A DNA stretch of 64,000 bases, taken from the NCBI GenBank assembly GCA_039096225.1, contig JBBPEB010000026.1, forward strand, positions 62,001 through 126,000, written 5' to 3'. The notes under the pieces were generated by a model. It was not told where the DNA came from and did not search any database. It worked only from the letters and a program-made list of their open reading frames with translations. The DNA is from Blastocystis sp. Blastoise. Its lineage: Eukaryota > Protista > Bigyra: Opalinata. A program made the translations under genes and the position numbers. This document shows positions 19,592 through 34,839 of this stretch, in pieces. Each line of letters begins with the position of its first letter. Within the stretch, counting starts at the first letter, position 1.

Positions 19592-22092
19592 TTAAATATT
19601 CTTATATTTCATAGAAGTAGTATCAAATCCAGGCATAGGGAAAGTAGTAGCAAAGTTACCAACAGCCTTAGCTAATTCCTATATATTTTAATTATATAAA
19701 AAAATATATATATATATTAATTATATTAAAAAAATATATTAATTATGTAAAATATATATTAATTAAATTATATAAACAATAATTTTATATAAAAAAATAA
19801 TCATATATATATATAATATATATATACAGCAGTCTTAGGATTTTGTTTAATGGCGGGAACGAAATCTTTAAGAAGTTTCTTTCCAGAATTTTGTATTTCA
19901 AGTGAAATCTTAACAACTTGATCAAGATAATCAGCAACTTGATAGAAATCTTTTTCTTTAAGACCTCTAGTAGTAAGAGCAGGAGTACCTATACGAACGC
20001 CACCAGGAGCAACAGCAGATTTATCTCCATGTACAGTATTCTTATTAAGAGAAATATTCACTTCATCACATACTTTTTCTATCTTAGAACCAGTTAAACC
20101 CTATAGAAACATATTATTATTATTATGTTTTATTATTTATTTTATATATAAATTATAATAATATATATATATATATATACAAGAGGTCTAACATCCCATA
20201 AAATAAGATGATTATCAGTACCTCCAGTACAAATAGTATATCCCTTCTTAACAAGAGCATCACCAAGAGCTCTAGCGTTCTTCTTTACTTGAATAGCATA
20301 TTGTTTAAACTCAGGAGTCATAACTTCCTTTAATTGAGTAGCAATAGCAGCTACTTGATGATCATGAGGACCTCCTTGCGTAGTATTATATAGTAATAAA
20401 TATATTATTATTATATTAATAATATTGATTATACATATAATAATAAACATAATAACCATAATAAAACAATAATAAATAAAATAAAACAATAATAAATAAA
20501 ATAATAACCATAATAAATAACAATAATAACAATAATAAATAAAATAATAAAAAATAAAACAATAATAAATAAAATAAACACAAAATAAATACATACTTGA
20601 AGACCAGGGAAAACAGCATCATTGATTTTCTTTTCAAAGTCTCTTTCATCTTTCTTAAAGAAGATCATACCAGCTCTGGGACCTCTAAGAGATTTATGAG
20701 TAGTTGTAGTAACTATATCACAATATTCAAAAGGATTAGCAGCTTCTTGAGTAGCAACAAGACCCGATATATGAGCCATATCCATCATAAGAATAGATCC
20801 ATTATCATTAGCTATTTTACGAAGACGAGCATAATCCCATTCACGAGGATAAGCAGAAGCACCAGCAATAAGAACTTCAGGTCTGAAAACAGCAGCATTT
20901 CTTTCTAATTCATCATAATCAACTAAACCAGTAGTAGCATCTACATGATAAGGCATAGTAGTAAAGAATATAGAAGAACCAGAAAGACTCTTACGAGTAC
21001 CAGTCCTACATAAATATAATATTATAATGTATATTATTAATATTAATATTATTTATAGTTAATAATATATATATATATATATATATACTTCTTATTAAAT
21101 GTATAATAACCATGAGTAAGATGACCACCAGAAGGTAAATCTAATCCCATCATACGAGCACCAGGACGGACTAAACCAGTATAACTAAATATATATAAAT
21201 ATATTATTATATATTTATATAATAATAAATATAATAATAATATATATATAATAAAAATAATAAAAATAATAAATATAATAAATATTATTTAAAAAATAAA
21301 AGTATAAACAGCAAGATTAGCAGGAGAACCTGAATAAGGTTGAACATTAACACCCCATTTACTTGGATCACAACGATAAGCTTCAAGAGCACGTTTTTGA
21401 CATAATAATTCAATTTGATCAATAAATTCATTACCACCATAATATCTATGACCAGGATACCCTTCAGAATATTTATTAGTTAAACAAGAACCAAGACATT
21501 CCATAACAGCTTGAGAAGTAAAGTTCTATATTTATTAGAAAATTATTTATTTATTATAAAGTAATATATTTATTAAAAAATGATTTATTTATTATAGAGT
21601 AATATATTCATTATAAAGTAATATATTTATTAGAAAATGATTTATTTATTATAAAATTATTATCAAATAATATTAAATATAATCAAAATAACAAATAATT
21701 TCATTGAAAAAATAATAAAATATAAAAAAATACTTCAGAAGCAATCATTTCAAGAGATTTCCAAGATCTATTCTTTTCCTTTTCAATAAGATCAAATAAT
21801 TCAGGATCATGTTGAGCAAGAGGAACACGACCAGGCTACTTATACATAACAACATAGATATAATGAAAGAAAAACAAAAAGTAAAAAGTGTTATATCAAA
21901 AGAAATCAAGAACTTACAGTAGAAGCAAAGGAACGAACCTATATATATAAAATTATAGATAAATAAATAAAAATATATTTATAAAAACATACAGGGAGAC
22001 GAGATAAGGTGACTAATTGAGATCTAGTGTATAGATAGACTGAGGATGGCAATTACAAAATACCTAATAGTGCGGCTGACGGTAGCGAGCAT
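19592..22092 (-). CDS. SHMT: Serine hydroxymethyltransferase with N-terminal mitochondrial/MRO-type presequence; 10 exons
   Basis: Motifs [39 protein letters not shown]-lysine [18 protein letters not shown] and GVRIGTPA. The presequence [27 protein letters not shown] is encoded by three micro-exons. Two introns are non-canonical. Confidence 0.97.
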
Positions 22093-23026
22093 AATAAAGA
22101 ACTAGATAAAAACAAAAAACAAATGTAGAGACACTACAAATATATTTTATATTAAAAACATGTAATGTTTCCAAAAGTGGCAAAAAACCTTTCCCTGTTT
22201 CTCGATTTAATAGGGTCTTTCTCAGGTATATCTGAACTTTAGTCCCAATTCAGTAACGAATTCTTAGTGAAAACCGACAATAAATGATATCTTTAGGTTT
22301 AAAAACTTTGGGAAATATATAATTAAGGACCATATAAAATATCATGGAAGATCAAGCTATCGTCACTTTTGTTTCTTCTTTTTGTTTCTCATTCTGTATA
22401 GAATTGAACACAATCAGTATTTTCATTATTTTAACAGATGATTTCATATTATTTGCTATTTTATACTTATTTTGACTTCTTTTCACATTTCTATACCCCA
22501 CATAACTCCATCTTTTTTATAAAATAATCAATATTGAACTAGTCACTAGTATTCTAATAAATTGTTGACTCTATTTACGCATTTATATCATGAGAATGCT
22601 TCAGGATATTATAAAAATATGGCATCATTTTTTTAAAGGAGTTTTACACACATTTTTTGATTTCTCCTTTTATTAATGAATCCAATTATGTTTTTAATAG
22701 TTTTATATCATTCATGATATGTTTTTGATATATTTACACGCTAAATAAGATTTAAAATTTAAAAAAAATAAAAAAACTATTTAATTTTCGTGATTCATAT
22801 AAGCTATATAGGATATATCTCACTGTTTTGCTTCATAAAAAACTCTCTCATTTAATAACACATAAAAGAACTATCTAAAAAATTTAAAAGAATTAAAAGA
22901 GTATTTCCAAGAGAAAAACACATTTATAACTGTTGAATATCTAACAAATCGTGATTTTTTTAATTCTTTTTTAATTTGAAGTAGTAATTTATTAAATAGT
23001 TGCTTAAATTGAAATGCTTATATGAT

Positions 23027-23891
23027 ATGGACATTCAAAATGATATAGATCCAAATAAGACATTTAATACAAGTGATATTTCTCCACGAAAGGTAATTCA
23101 TTTATCCATTTATGGTACTATTACGTTTTTATTTATATAGAGAGATATATATGAAGTTGTCAATGACCCAAATGTATGTTTTATATTCATAAATATACTT
23201 TTATCTGTCATTTTCTTTAGAATATGGTTGTTCCTTCTATTCAAACAGGGCAAACTAAATTCGATTCTTCACATATTCATGATTTATCATCAGAAAATAA
23301 TTCAAAGAATCTACTAACTAGACTAGATGAAAACAATAATTCTGTTCTTCATTATTCGTTTTCTCGAAGGTCTCCTAAAAAATTAAAATCGTTAAAAGCA
23401 AATTCAATCTCACAAATTAATTCAGATGTAAAACAAGTTCTCTCTGAAATCATAGATAACACAGTTATTTCATATAATACAAATGGTATATTTATATATT
23501 TTTATTATTTTTTATTGTCATTATATAATAGATATCAACACAAAAACGAGTACCAAAAGAAGTATTTCTGATTATTTTGTTGAAACATCCTCGAAATCTG
23601 ATTATAATGTAGAAACACCATCACAAGCTAATTATAATGTTGAATCATCATCACAAGCTAATTATAATGTAGAAATATCATCACAAGCTAATTATAATGT
23701 TGAAACACCCTCACAATCTTTACCAGTGAATAAATCTTTTATTCATGATGAAGAAAATTATAAGAATGAATTATTAAATCTACAAAGTGAAACACTTGAA
23801 AATAATAGAAATAGTAATAAAGATTTTTCTATTGATAAGAATGATAGTAATGATATTATTAGTAATAATTATATAAATAAAGAAAATACTT

Positions 23892-23951
<60 letters not shown>

Positions 23952-24504
23952 TTTCAGATAATAATAATAAATCAAATAGAATAGAAACAAGTGAGAGTGA
24001 TAACAGTAGTGATGATACTGATGATGATTATTTACCTTCAACTCATAGTTATTTTGAATCTCTTTATAATTACTATACAGATAGTGACTCTTCTATAGAT
24101 AATGATAGTGATAATGATGATGATGATGATGATTTATATACGTTACATCAAGAAGCTGAAGTTTATGTAAAGAAATATTTAGTAAGAAAAGGATATTCAA
24201 TGGCCAGTTGCTATTCATGTTTGGCTCTTTTTCTCATTTTTCTATTGGCCTCTCTATTATATACGCTCTTTATGGCATTCATTAAAGTATATATTTGTAT
24301 TGTTATAGCATTTTTTTTTTTAAATATTTTATTAATTTATTTTTAGAATGAAACACTCACTTTCGAAAACTGTGCAAATGATTGGAGGTATTGCTATGCA
24401 GCTTGGATATATGTATATTTTTTATTTATACCTATTTCATTATGCAATTTCCTATTTAGACCTATCAAGAACTATTAGGTCTTCATCCAAAAAAATGTAT
24501 ATAA
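23027..24504 (+). CDS. Hypothetical protein: long N/D/S-rich disordered region, one C-terminal TM helix and a short Cys/Trp tail; 6 exons
   Basis: Spliced ORF runs MDIQNDIDPNK...CLALFLIFLLASLLYTLFMAFI...ENCANDWRYCY...KKCI*, using GT-AG introns. Confidence 0.7.
23577..23716 (+). repeat. Coding 30-bp tandem repeat (VE(T/S/I)(P/S)SQANYN), ~4.5 copies
   Basis: attataatgt(t/a)gaa...tcacaagcta recurs every 30 bp. Confidence 0.9.
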
Positions 24505-25082
24505 TATTAGTTGTTAAAAAAAATAGTTAATTGTCTTTTAAATTGAAAACGACTTTAGTTTGAGTGTTTTTTTATTTTTTTTCTTTAAAAAATTTCGTCA
24601 ATTTAAAATATTTCACTAAATCAATTATTATTTTGTCCTAAAATAACATAAATATTATTATTGTATATTGTATGCAAATAAAACAATATCTGCATATATA
24701 TTTATGTTAAATTGATGATTGATCTAATGAGAATTAGTCAATTTTATATTGAAATTGATATATACTTATTTGAAATAACATACTCAGTTGATAAAGTTTG
24801 TGAACCAGTATAGAATATAGTTAACTGACATAATCAACTTGTCATTTCCATTTTTCATTATTTTATATTTAATAATAGTCTTTTGAAAGAATTTTAATTG
24901 ATTCTGACAGAGCGAAATATATATAAAAAGTTGAATCTAGTATATTAAAAGTGTGAATTTCACATTTTGCACATAAAAAAATGTATGAAATAAATAAATA
25001 AGACCTTAAAATGTTTTTAAACTAATAAATAAGCATAATTCACATATGCCTATATTAAATAAATAATGTTGAACTAATGAAA

Positions 25083-26326
25083 TTATTTTAATTTTTTATT
25101 TTGTCGTTTTGCAGCAGTCATAATCCATTTTGAGAACTATATAAATAAGATTTATGAATTCATTTATATATAAAATCGAATATATGTATACATTATAAAT
25201 AAAGTGATTTCTCCACATATATTTTTGGAAAATAATTTCATTAAATTCATTTGGATCACTCCATGTAACCTATATATATATATATATGTTATCAAATAAT
25301 CTTAATAATATCTATATATATGTTATTCAATAATAAATAGATAAATAAACATATATATATATACAGAATCAGCGATTCTCTTCTTATCTATATTCACAAA
25401 GTGAATATATACAATTTGACCCGGAATAATACATACAGGAGTCGATTCAATCTTTCTATTATACTATATATATAATAATAACAATAAACTAATATACATA
25501 TAAAGATATATTCTAAAAGTAATTTATATTTTAAACAATAAATAATGTACATATATATATAACTCTATAATGAATCAATAAATAATAATAATAATAATAA
25601 AAAGAATTAGCAATTAATATCTATAAATTTACCAAGTTATTCCATTTTAATAAATAATCACGTTTTTCCGTGGGAAGTTCCCATTCTGACATATATATAT
25701 AATTCGATATATCATCAATATGATCTTTTATTATATATTTATAACTAATCTTCTTTAATTTACATAAACATAAACAGTTGTTCTAGAAATATATAATATA
25801 TAGCTATAAAATGTATAGAAAGAATTATATTATATAGTATATAGCTATAATATATATTTAAAGAATATATATTTTATATAATTAGCTATAAAATTTATTT
25901 AAAGAAGATATATTATTTATAATATATAGTTATAAATATATATAAAAAATATATATTTTATATAATATATAGCTATAAAATTCATTTAAAGAATATATAC
26001 TAGAACATCTTCAAAATTAACTAATGTGTACCTATATATAATAATAATAATAAGAAACAATTTATAGAAATACATGGATAATCGCGGGAAAAGATCATTT
26101 CCATAAACAGAAGAAATAGTAATATCTTTAATTTGATTAGATGCTCCTACAGACATAGTTTCACCTGGAGGATCAGCACAAAAACATCGCATGTGCTTGA
26201 ACTGGCTTCTGTACATAAGTGTTAACAGCGCAGCAGTACCGCCACCCATACTATGTCCCGCGAATATTAACTCAAATCCTTCACAAGATCCCTATTTTAT
26301 CATGATTATTTAGTGTTATATATATA

Positions 26327-26358
<32 letters not shown>

Positions 26359-26562
26359 CAGGAAGGACAGGAGAGACTAATTGAACGTTTTCCCCAAGAT
26401 TATCTCCATTATAGAGGAATGAAAGTATATTCGTAGATATTAATTGACTATATATATAATAAGCACTTCTCCACATTCCTTCATGACAATATTCTCCTTC
26501 TCCCGAAAAACCATATTTTATACCTTCAGATGCAAGACCATGATTCTCTATAATAATAAATA

Positions 26563-26593
<31 letters not shown>

Positions 26594-26822
26594 TTTATAA
26601 TAATAATAATAAAAATAAACATAAAAATATATATATATATATATACTCACTAGTCCATCTGTAAATACATCTTCAATAGAGAAAGTTCCACGAATGCTAA
26701 TGATAATTAACTTCCTCAGGGGGTCTACCGCTAATAACCACGTAGGCTTACAGACTGATGCTTTGTCAAATAAAAGTACTAATTCACCACCAAGATCTGT
26801 TACACTCTTCTGAATAGTCTCC

Positions 26823-26868
<46 letters not shown>

Positions 26869-28576
26869 AATAATTATATAAATCTATAAATATATAATAT
26901 ATAAATATCTATACCGAATTAAAAAATGACACTTCTTTTTGAGTTTCAAAACATTTACAGCAGCCATTCTTCTTATTCATTTTATTTAAGAATATAAGAG
27001 ATGTTCCATAAGGTACAGTTGCATAATCAAAGAAAAAAGCAAGTTCCTATATATATATATATATATAATCATAACATAAATAGAATAACAAACTAAATAA
27101 TATATATATATATATGTATAATCATAACATAAATAGAATAACAAAAACTAAATAAAATAAAAAAATAATAATAATATATATAATCATAACATAAATAAAA
27201 TAAATAAAATAATATATATATCTACATCAGTGATTGTTTTAGCTACAGGTGTTTCAAATTCATAAGTATATATTTGTGGTGCATTAGTAGGTGTTTTCAT
27301 AGTAGTGGAATAATAGAGTCCATCTTCAAGATCAGGAGAGGACAAGGGGGAGGGATATGTAGGAATATCATGTATCAAATCTATATATACATATAGTAAT
27401 ATAATAATAATAATAATAATATAAACTTAAAACTAACATAATAATTATCAATATAATTACAAATATAAATAATAAACATAACTATAATAAACAAAAAATA
27501 ACCTATATATATACATTGAACTCTAAAATTATTATCTGTAACAAATTTATACAAGAATTGTCCAGAAGGCATATATTTAAGTTGAGTATATAATTCTTTT
27601 TCTTTCATTGTCATCATAACATCTGTTTTATATTTTTGAATTAAATGAACAAGTCGAACTCCTATTAATAAATCAAAGATACTCATAGATCCTTCTCCTT
27701 TTATATTAATAACAAGATCTACTAGTTGACTAATCGTAGATTCATCTTTTAAGTAGCATCCGCAACAACAACGTAATAAGAAATGAAGAGAACGAGAAGA
27801 AATATTAAAGGACCTAGTTATTATTAAGAAACATATATCAATAATGAGAATTATTAACGACATTAAAGAATTTAAATAGAAATAGGAAAATCCATTTGAC
27901 TCAGCTTCCATTACAAAATATAAATACTATATATATATATATGGATCATAGCAAATACCTTTTATATTCTAAAATTATTAGGATTCATAAATATATGTTA
28001 TTATAAAGAAAATATATATATATAATATATATATATACAATAGAAGAAATCATACACTCATATAAGGCATCAAAAGCATTTAAAATAATATATATAGAAA
28101 CAAGAGGAGACACTAATTTTCGTTCGTTACTCTAAATAAATTATATATACATATATATATAAAATAAAAAAATGATAAAAAAAATAATAATAAAAATTAA
28201 AAAAAAAATTAAAAGAATAAAAAAAACATACCTGAAAAATCGTACCACAACAATTATAATACAATATAACGCATGGAATCTATATACAATATAAGTTTTT
28301 AAATATAATAAAAATAGATAAACGAGAGTATATTAAAAATACGATGAAAAGAATAATTGTGAATAGAAATTGTATCCATATCTCTAATCCAATAGCACCA
28401 CTTCCTACAGGCCATATCCAATCAATGACAAATGATTGTGAAAAACATACCGATTCCATTATTTGAAAAACAAGTTTTATAATCCCAATAAGAATCAAGA
28501 ACAAAGAATATCCAAATAAGTCATCATCTCCAAGTAACGAGGTATAACATCCAGCAAATAACTTTAATTTAGCCAT
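25083..28576 (-). CDS. Diacylglycerol-lipase-like protein (N-terminal TM helices + class 3 lipase domain), multi-exon
   Basis: Motifs IISIRGTFSIEDVFTD, CHEGM, nucleophile elbow FAGHSMGGG, SVYGNDLFPRL and IIPGQIVYI. All introns can be spliced GT-AG. There is a probable 5'UTR intron at ~28592-28644. Confidence 0.85.
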
Positions 28577-30621
28577 TCTCTATTTACCAACCTATGTAAA
28601 TAACAAATTAGAATATCAATAAAGTTTCAAATCAATAAATATACTAAAATTCGTTTATATAAGAGAGAAAGAACTTTATGAAAATACACAGTTCGAAATT
28701 TCTTGAAACAATTCGTATTTTTAAGCTGGATTCATAAAAATTCCATGAAACTTTTCTTTATCATCTTTTAGTATATATTTTTCTTTTTAAAATGGTATAT
28801 TATGATTATTTACATTACTGTCAAATGAAGATATCTAATATCCATGCTGAGGAACTAAAATTAGTGGAATAATCATGATGATATACATATGTATTTATAA
28901 AAATCGAATTCCAAGAAGGTATAAAGCATTCAGAAATATTTGAAACACTATGCTTACAATTTGGATGCAATTTAAATTATCAAAAAGAAGGTCAATTATG
29001 AGGATGTGCTTAAGTACTTAGAAAATTATTATGAATTCATGTGAACTGATTTTGAACGATTAGAAAACTTATATATGCATGCATACATTGATAGCAGTTG
29101 TTATATATATATTATTTTAGTCTGTAATTAATAAACAATTAGTAAACAAAACAATATATGTTGAGAAGGTTATGAAAAAATCAATCTATGAATAAGGCTT
29201 ATTTATTATTTATCGTGCTATGAATAAACCTGCTGAAAGCGAAATATGAATCAATAATACACATAATTCTTTTTCATTTCTTCAATTATCTATCAAATCA
29301 TCATTCCTTTATTATTTCAATAATAAATATTATTAAATCTATATATATATCTAAATAATATTGCTTATTTTGTTATCAAATCAATATTTTATACAGTTTT
29401 AATAATCATACGTAATTATTCACAATAAAAATAGTATCATCATTATATATCATTTTTTTTTAAATAATATAATTATCTATTATCTAACTGTGTTTCGACA
29501 TCTCTATAGCTTCGTTTTCTTTCTCATATATAGAAATACTAAGAATGATCGTTGAAAATAATTAAAATCAAATAACGTTTCTTTAAAAGTCAATTTATTA
29601 TTTGTATAAATATGTAACCAAGTGATCATATATAATATAATATAATAGTATAATAGTATTTTTAGCATATTTGATTCTTCTAAGGTATATAATAATATAA
29701 TAGATTCAAATATATATATATTTTTTTATTTGAATTAATTTCTTTTTTAAATATAAAATATAATTAACTAAATAATCAAATAGAATTCTTTCTTTTTTAT
29801 CAGTTGATATTTTCTATATCGTTTAATTTTTAGCATTATTATATATGTATATATATCTAATATAAATTGATTGAATATATATACATAACATGTTTATTAT
29901 ATTATCATAAAATAAGATTTATTGCCTTTGGCGACTCCTTATTGATTCAATTCAGATGATATTGAAGTATGAAAACAATTATATGATTTGAAAAGAATTT
30001 ATTATGTTATAAAAAAAATTCATTTCTGAAAATTCATTCAATTCGATTATGATTAATGTGAGAATAAATTAATATTTTTATTTATCTATATATGATGCTC
30101 AAATTTTAATATCTGGAAATGTATCAACAAACCTTTCCTTAATAATCTTATATTGAAAAATCTATAATTATATAATGATCTCCGTATTTTGGTATATTTA
30201 ATAAAAAACTTTCAATACATTTCAAAATAAAATTTCACATATCACTATTAGGCATTTTGACGTTTTAAGTTAATTGGATAGAATAGTTTATTTTGCTAAA
30301 CATATATTCTAAAAGGTCAAAAGTGTCTAATAATGTATTATATAATCAAATATCTCTTAACATCATATACACTAATGATGATAATTATAATAACTTTATA
30401 AGTCTAACTTAATATAAATGAATATAGAAAAATAACTTTCTTCTGTTTACATATTCTTTATACATTTTTTAATGGTTTATAAATGATAGTAAAAATTATA
30501 TTATGAACAATATACACATATAAAGAAAAAAAATTGAAAAAACTAATATAATAATAAAAAAGTCAAATTATAAAGTTATATGTATATGATAAAAATATAA
30601 AAATATGAAAATATCATTTTA

Positions 30622-30853
30622 TTAAAATATTATTTCATTAGCATCTTTAATACTCAAAAAACGATTCTGTTTCATTTTATATTGTTCTAGAATATCTTTA
30701 TATGTATCAATTCTAGTAGTATCTATAAAATAGATAAATAATATATAAATAGTATTTACTAGTATCTTTATATTGGAATTGTCTTAAATATGGAAACATT
30801 TCTTTTGTAATTAATTGAATCACTTTAGAAGTGAAAGTATCACTAATCGTCAC

Positions 30854-30893
<40 letters not shown>

Positions 30894-33800
30894 AAATAAG
30901 AATAGTTTCATATTGAAAACAAATAAATAATAATATATACAAATAAATAAGTTAGAAATGGTATGTGTATATTCCATTTGTAGTTGTTCATATATATAAG
31001 TAGAATATTGTTTATAATCATCAAATTCTTCAGAATAATCATGAATCATAATAATAGAATTGATTCGTTTATGTAGATAGAGAGAAAGAGAAGGAAATGA
31101 CTCAAATACATTATTTATATGTAATAATATAGGAGGATTTGTTGATGGATCAATTTCTATAAACATATATATTATTAATATATAAATTTCTATAATATTT
31201 TAAGAATAATATATATATATATAAAGAATTAATACTAATCCTATTATTATAGAATAATATTAAATCTTATTTTATAAAAAAAACATATATAATACCTCCA
31301 TCAAAGAATGTAATGCTGAATTGATTGAAATTGGGTAAATAAAGATCTGAATTGTTCTTAAATAATTCGATAAAATTATATATATCGGTGAAATCAATAG
31401 AATCTATATAATACATAATATAATAGATTTAAAGAATACAAATATAAGATACAATAGAAATTTATATGTAATGTTTTTAATTTTGATAATTTATTTGTAT
31501 TTAAATAATTGAAAAGACCTTCTAATGAATCCGATATATCACTATCTTCATCTATATATACATATATTATTTGTATATTTTTAATTATAAATAATAGTGT
31601 ATATACTAAAGGATATATTTAGATTTTCTAGATTTGTCCATAAGGGTAACATATTACATTCTTCTATTATAAACAAATAATCTACAAAGAAAGGTGCTAT
31701 AGAAATATATTAATATAATAATATATTTATAATAAATGAAATATTATATATATATAATATACATGAAACTGTTAAGGATTGAAGACTATCTGAGAATGAA
31801 GAGAAGAATGAATTATATATTTCTATAGATTCAGAATCAACATAAGTATTCATTACTTTTTCATTATGTACACTATCCGTATCTTCATCTATTTATTATT
31901 ATATGATTTATTATTATATTTATATATATATATATTACTTACTAATACATATTTCTAATGATTTTACAGAATAAGAATTGATATGTTTTAGAAGAGAAAA
32001 TATATTTAATAAATAATCACAATTATCTTCATCAATAGTGTCTTCAACTATATATATATGCATATAATAATAATAATAAGAGTAATATATATACTATATA
32101 TAGAAATCTCTTCTAAACATTGACAGTTTATATTTTGAAAAAGAGATTCATAACTATCATATGAATAAGGATTATGCATATCTGACTCTATATATAAATA
32201 TGTATAATAATAACGAAATATAATACTATTATAAATACTAATAAAAATAGTTTTGAATGAATATTTGCTTAAATCTAGATCCATTTCTTCAGAAAATTCT
32301 TCTGGTAAGCAATCAACTATATAAATATAAACATTATTATTAAAAGAAAAACGATATTATTATTCTATGAATAGTATATATATATACAATTAAATAATAT
32401 TTTATCAATAATTAAAGTATTCGTATCAAATAATTTTCCCCATTCTTTATCCCATAATTCATATAGGAAATAAGCTATATATATAATAATAAGTTGGCTA
32501 ATAATAATAATAATAATAATAATTTGGTTAATAATAATAATAATAATATAACTATATATAGAATACTATATATATATAAATTTAATGAATGTGTTTCTAA
32601 TAATTCACATAATGCCATAGGTATACTGTCATCAGTAACAAAAGAATGTATATCTATATGTTTATTTTTATTTACAAGGAGAATTGTATCTATTAATTCA
32701 ATAAATTCATCAGGAAATAAATTAGGAAATAAATCTGTTATTTTATCTTCTTCTGAATTAAAATATAAATAATGTAAGTCATATATATGTAACTTTGGGA
32801 AATGTTCTTTCGTAAACAAAGCAAGCAATGAAATCATCATAATCATATCATCTTTAGTTTGATCCCAATCTATATATATTTATATATATAGAATTATAGA
32901 GATACCATTTATTAGAATAGTATATTATAAAAATAATAATAGTATAATGAATACAATAAATATAAAATATACTATATGTAGAAATTGTAGTAACATTTGG
33001 AAATACATGTGTTTTTAATATATTTTTAAATATATTTTTATATTCAAGATAAGAACCTGATTGAATAACTATATATAATAATAATAATAATAATAATAAA
33101 CATAATAATAATAATATATATATACAATCATGGATATTGAATACTTCGAGATTATCAAATGTTCCATCTTTTAATGCTTTTAATAACGGAGGAATATTCA
33201 CTTGTAATTTCACAGGTAAACTAACTATATAATAAACAATTTATATATATAAGCATATATATATTTATACATATATCATCAGGAATTTCTTTCAATTGTT
33301 TACAAATATTTATATTTAATATATAACTAAATATTTCATCATTTTCATTATTACATTGTCTATATATATATGTAAATAAATAAAAATAATACATATATAT
33401 ATATATATTACTTTAATGTTGGATGTTGCATATCTAATTCTATATATATATATATTAGTTCATATAATATATATATATATACCGCCATTATTATCAAGAA
33501 AGTAAAATTCATATATTAAACATTTCTTTTGAATTGTATCCTTAGAATTTATTACTTGTGAATTCTTTTGTTGATTATTATATTCATGGGAATAATCAGA
33601 TAAAGATTCTATACATAAATCAGGTTTCTCTTCATCTTTTCTTATGTTCATTTCTTCATCAATATCTATATCTATTTTTTCATCAAGAATTTCTTTATTT
33701 TTATTATTATCTATATTTAAATATAAATGAATTTGATCATTATCTAATGCATTCATTTCTATTTCAGGATATTCAACTTTATACTCAATATATTTAGCTT

Positions 33801-34839
33801 TATAATTATATTTACAATAGATCCGTTTATATTCTTTATATAATACCAAGTAATGGGAATCCAAAGAAGTTATTTTTATATACTGTTTTTGAGGATAATA
33901 ATATACTATACAATAATATATATATAATAATTATATATATATATAATATACCACACAACAACATATATATATATATAAAATATTATAAAACAATAATATA
34001 TATAATAATAATTATATATATATATACATTTTATTATATAGTTTTCTAATTTAGGAAAGATAGAATGTAAATTGGAGGGATATATATATTCATAAGGAAT
34101 ATCTTCATCAAAATCAACTAGATACATATAATTAAATATATAATATATTTATTTTTTATATATAATTACAGTTAATAATAACTTTTGTAACATTAAAGAA
34201 ACCAAATAAACATGAATATTGAAGAAACAATGAATTCTTATCTTTTGTAAAAACATCTATATATATATAATTAGACTACCATTATTATTCAATATACCAA
34301 ATAGTATTAATTGACATTTTTGATTACAGTTAATTATATACTCTGTATTTTTAGAATCATAATCTCTTTATATAATATAAAATAACAAAATAAAATATAG
34401 ATAAATACATTGTACAATTGTTTTCCTTTAGAAAAAACTTTAATTTATTTCTTAAAATATCTTCTATTATTATTTGATATTCAACAGAATCGTCACCAAA
34501 GAAATATTTAAATGTTTCGTATATACTTATTATATCATTTAAAGGAAGAGAATCAAGATCAAGAGAATTATCTAGATACTCAATCAATTTATCGAGAGAA
34601 AAGGACAGAGAATCGATAAAATAGGCTTCCTCATTTTGTAAATAATTCTTTTGATTCTCATAAGTTAAAAATAAAATGGATTTTGGAAAATTCTTCACAA
34701 TTGACAACGGAACGCTTATTCTTGATTCATCTTGGAATATGAAATCTACGGTTGCTCGATGACGCTTTTGGATATTTTGTTGAGTTTGAATGTCTCGTTT
34801 TTCTGCATTCAAGAGAACATGATCTTCTATTTTTGACAT
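30622..34839 (-). CDS. Lineage-expanded family protein: degenerate BTB/POZ-like N-terminus + divergent LRR/FNIP-like repeats; ~19 exons
   Basis: Spliced ORF is continuous and shares motifs with the paralog at 41511-45466 (FxFQDE, THVFPNVT, KExFPKLHI, LFP...IDTI). Introns are mostly phase 1. Confidence 0.75.

Noticed and set aside
27215-27230. Possible AT donor in the lipase gene (GAT GTA GAT|atatat)
   Set aside because: An in-phase canonical donor GAT|gtagat is available.
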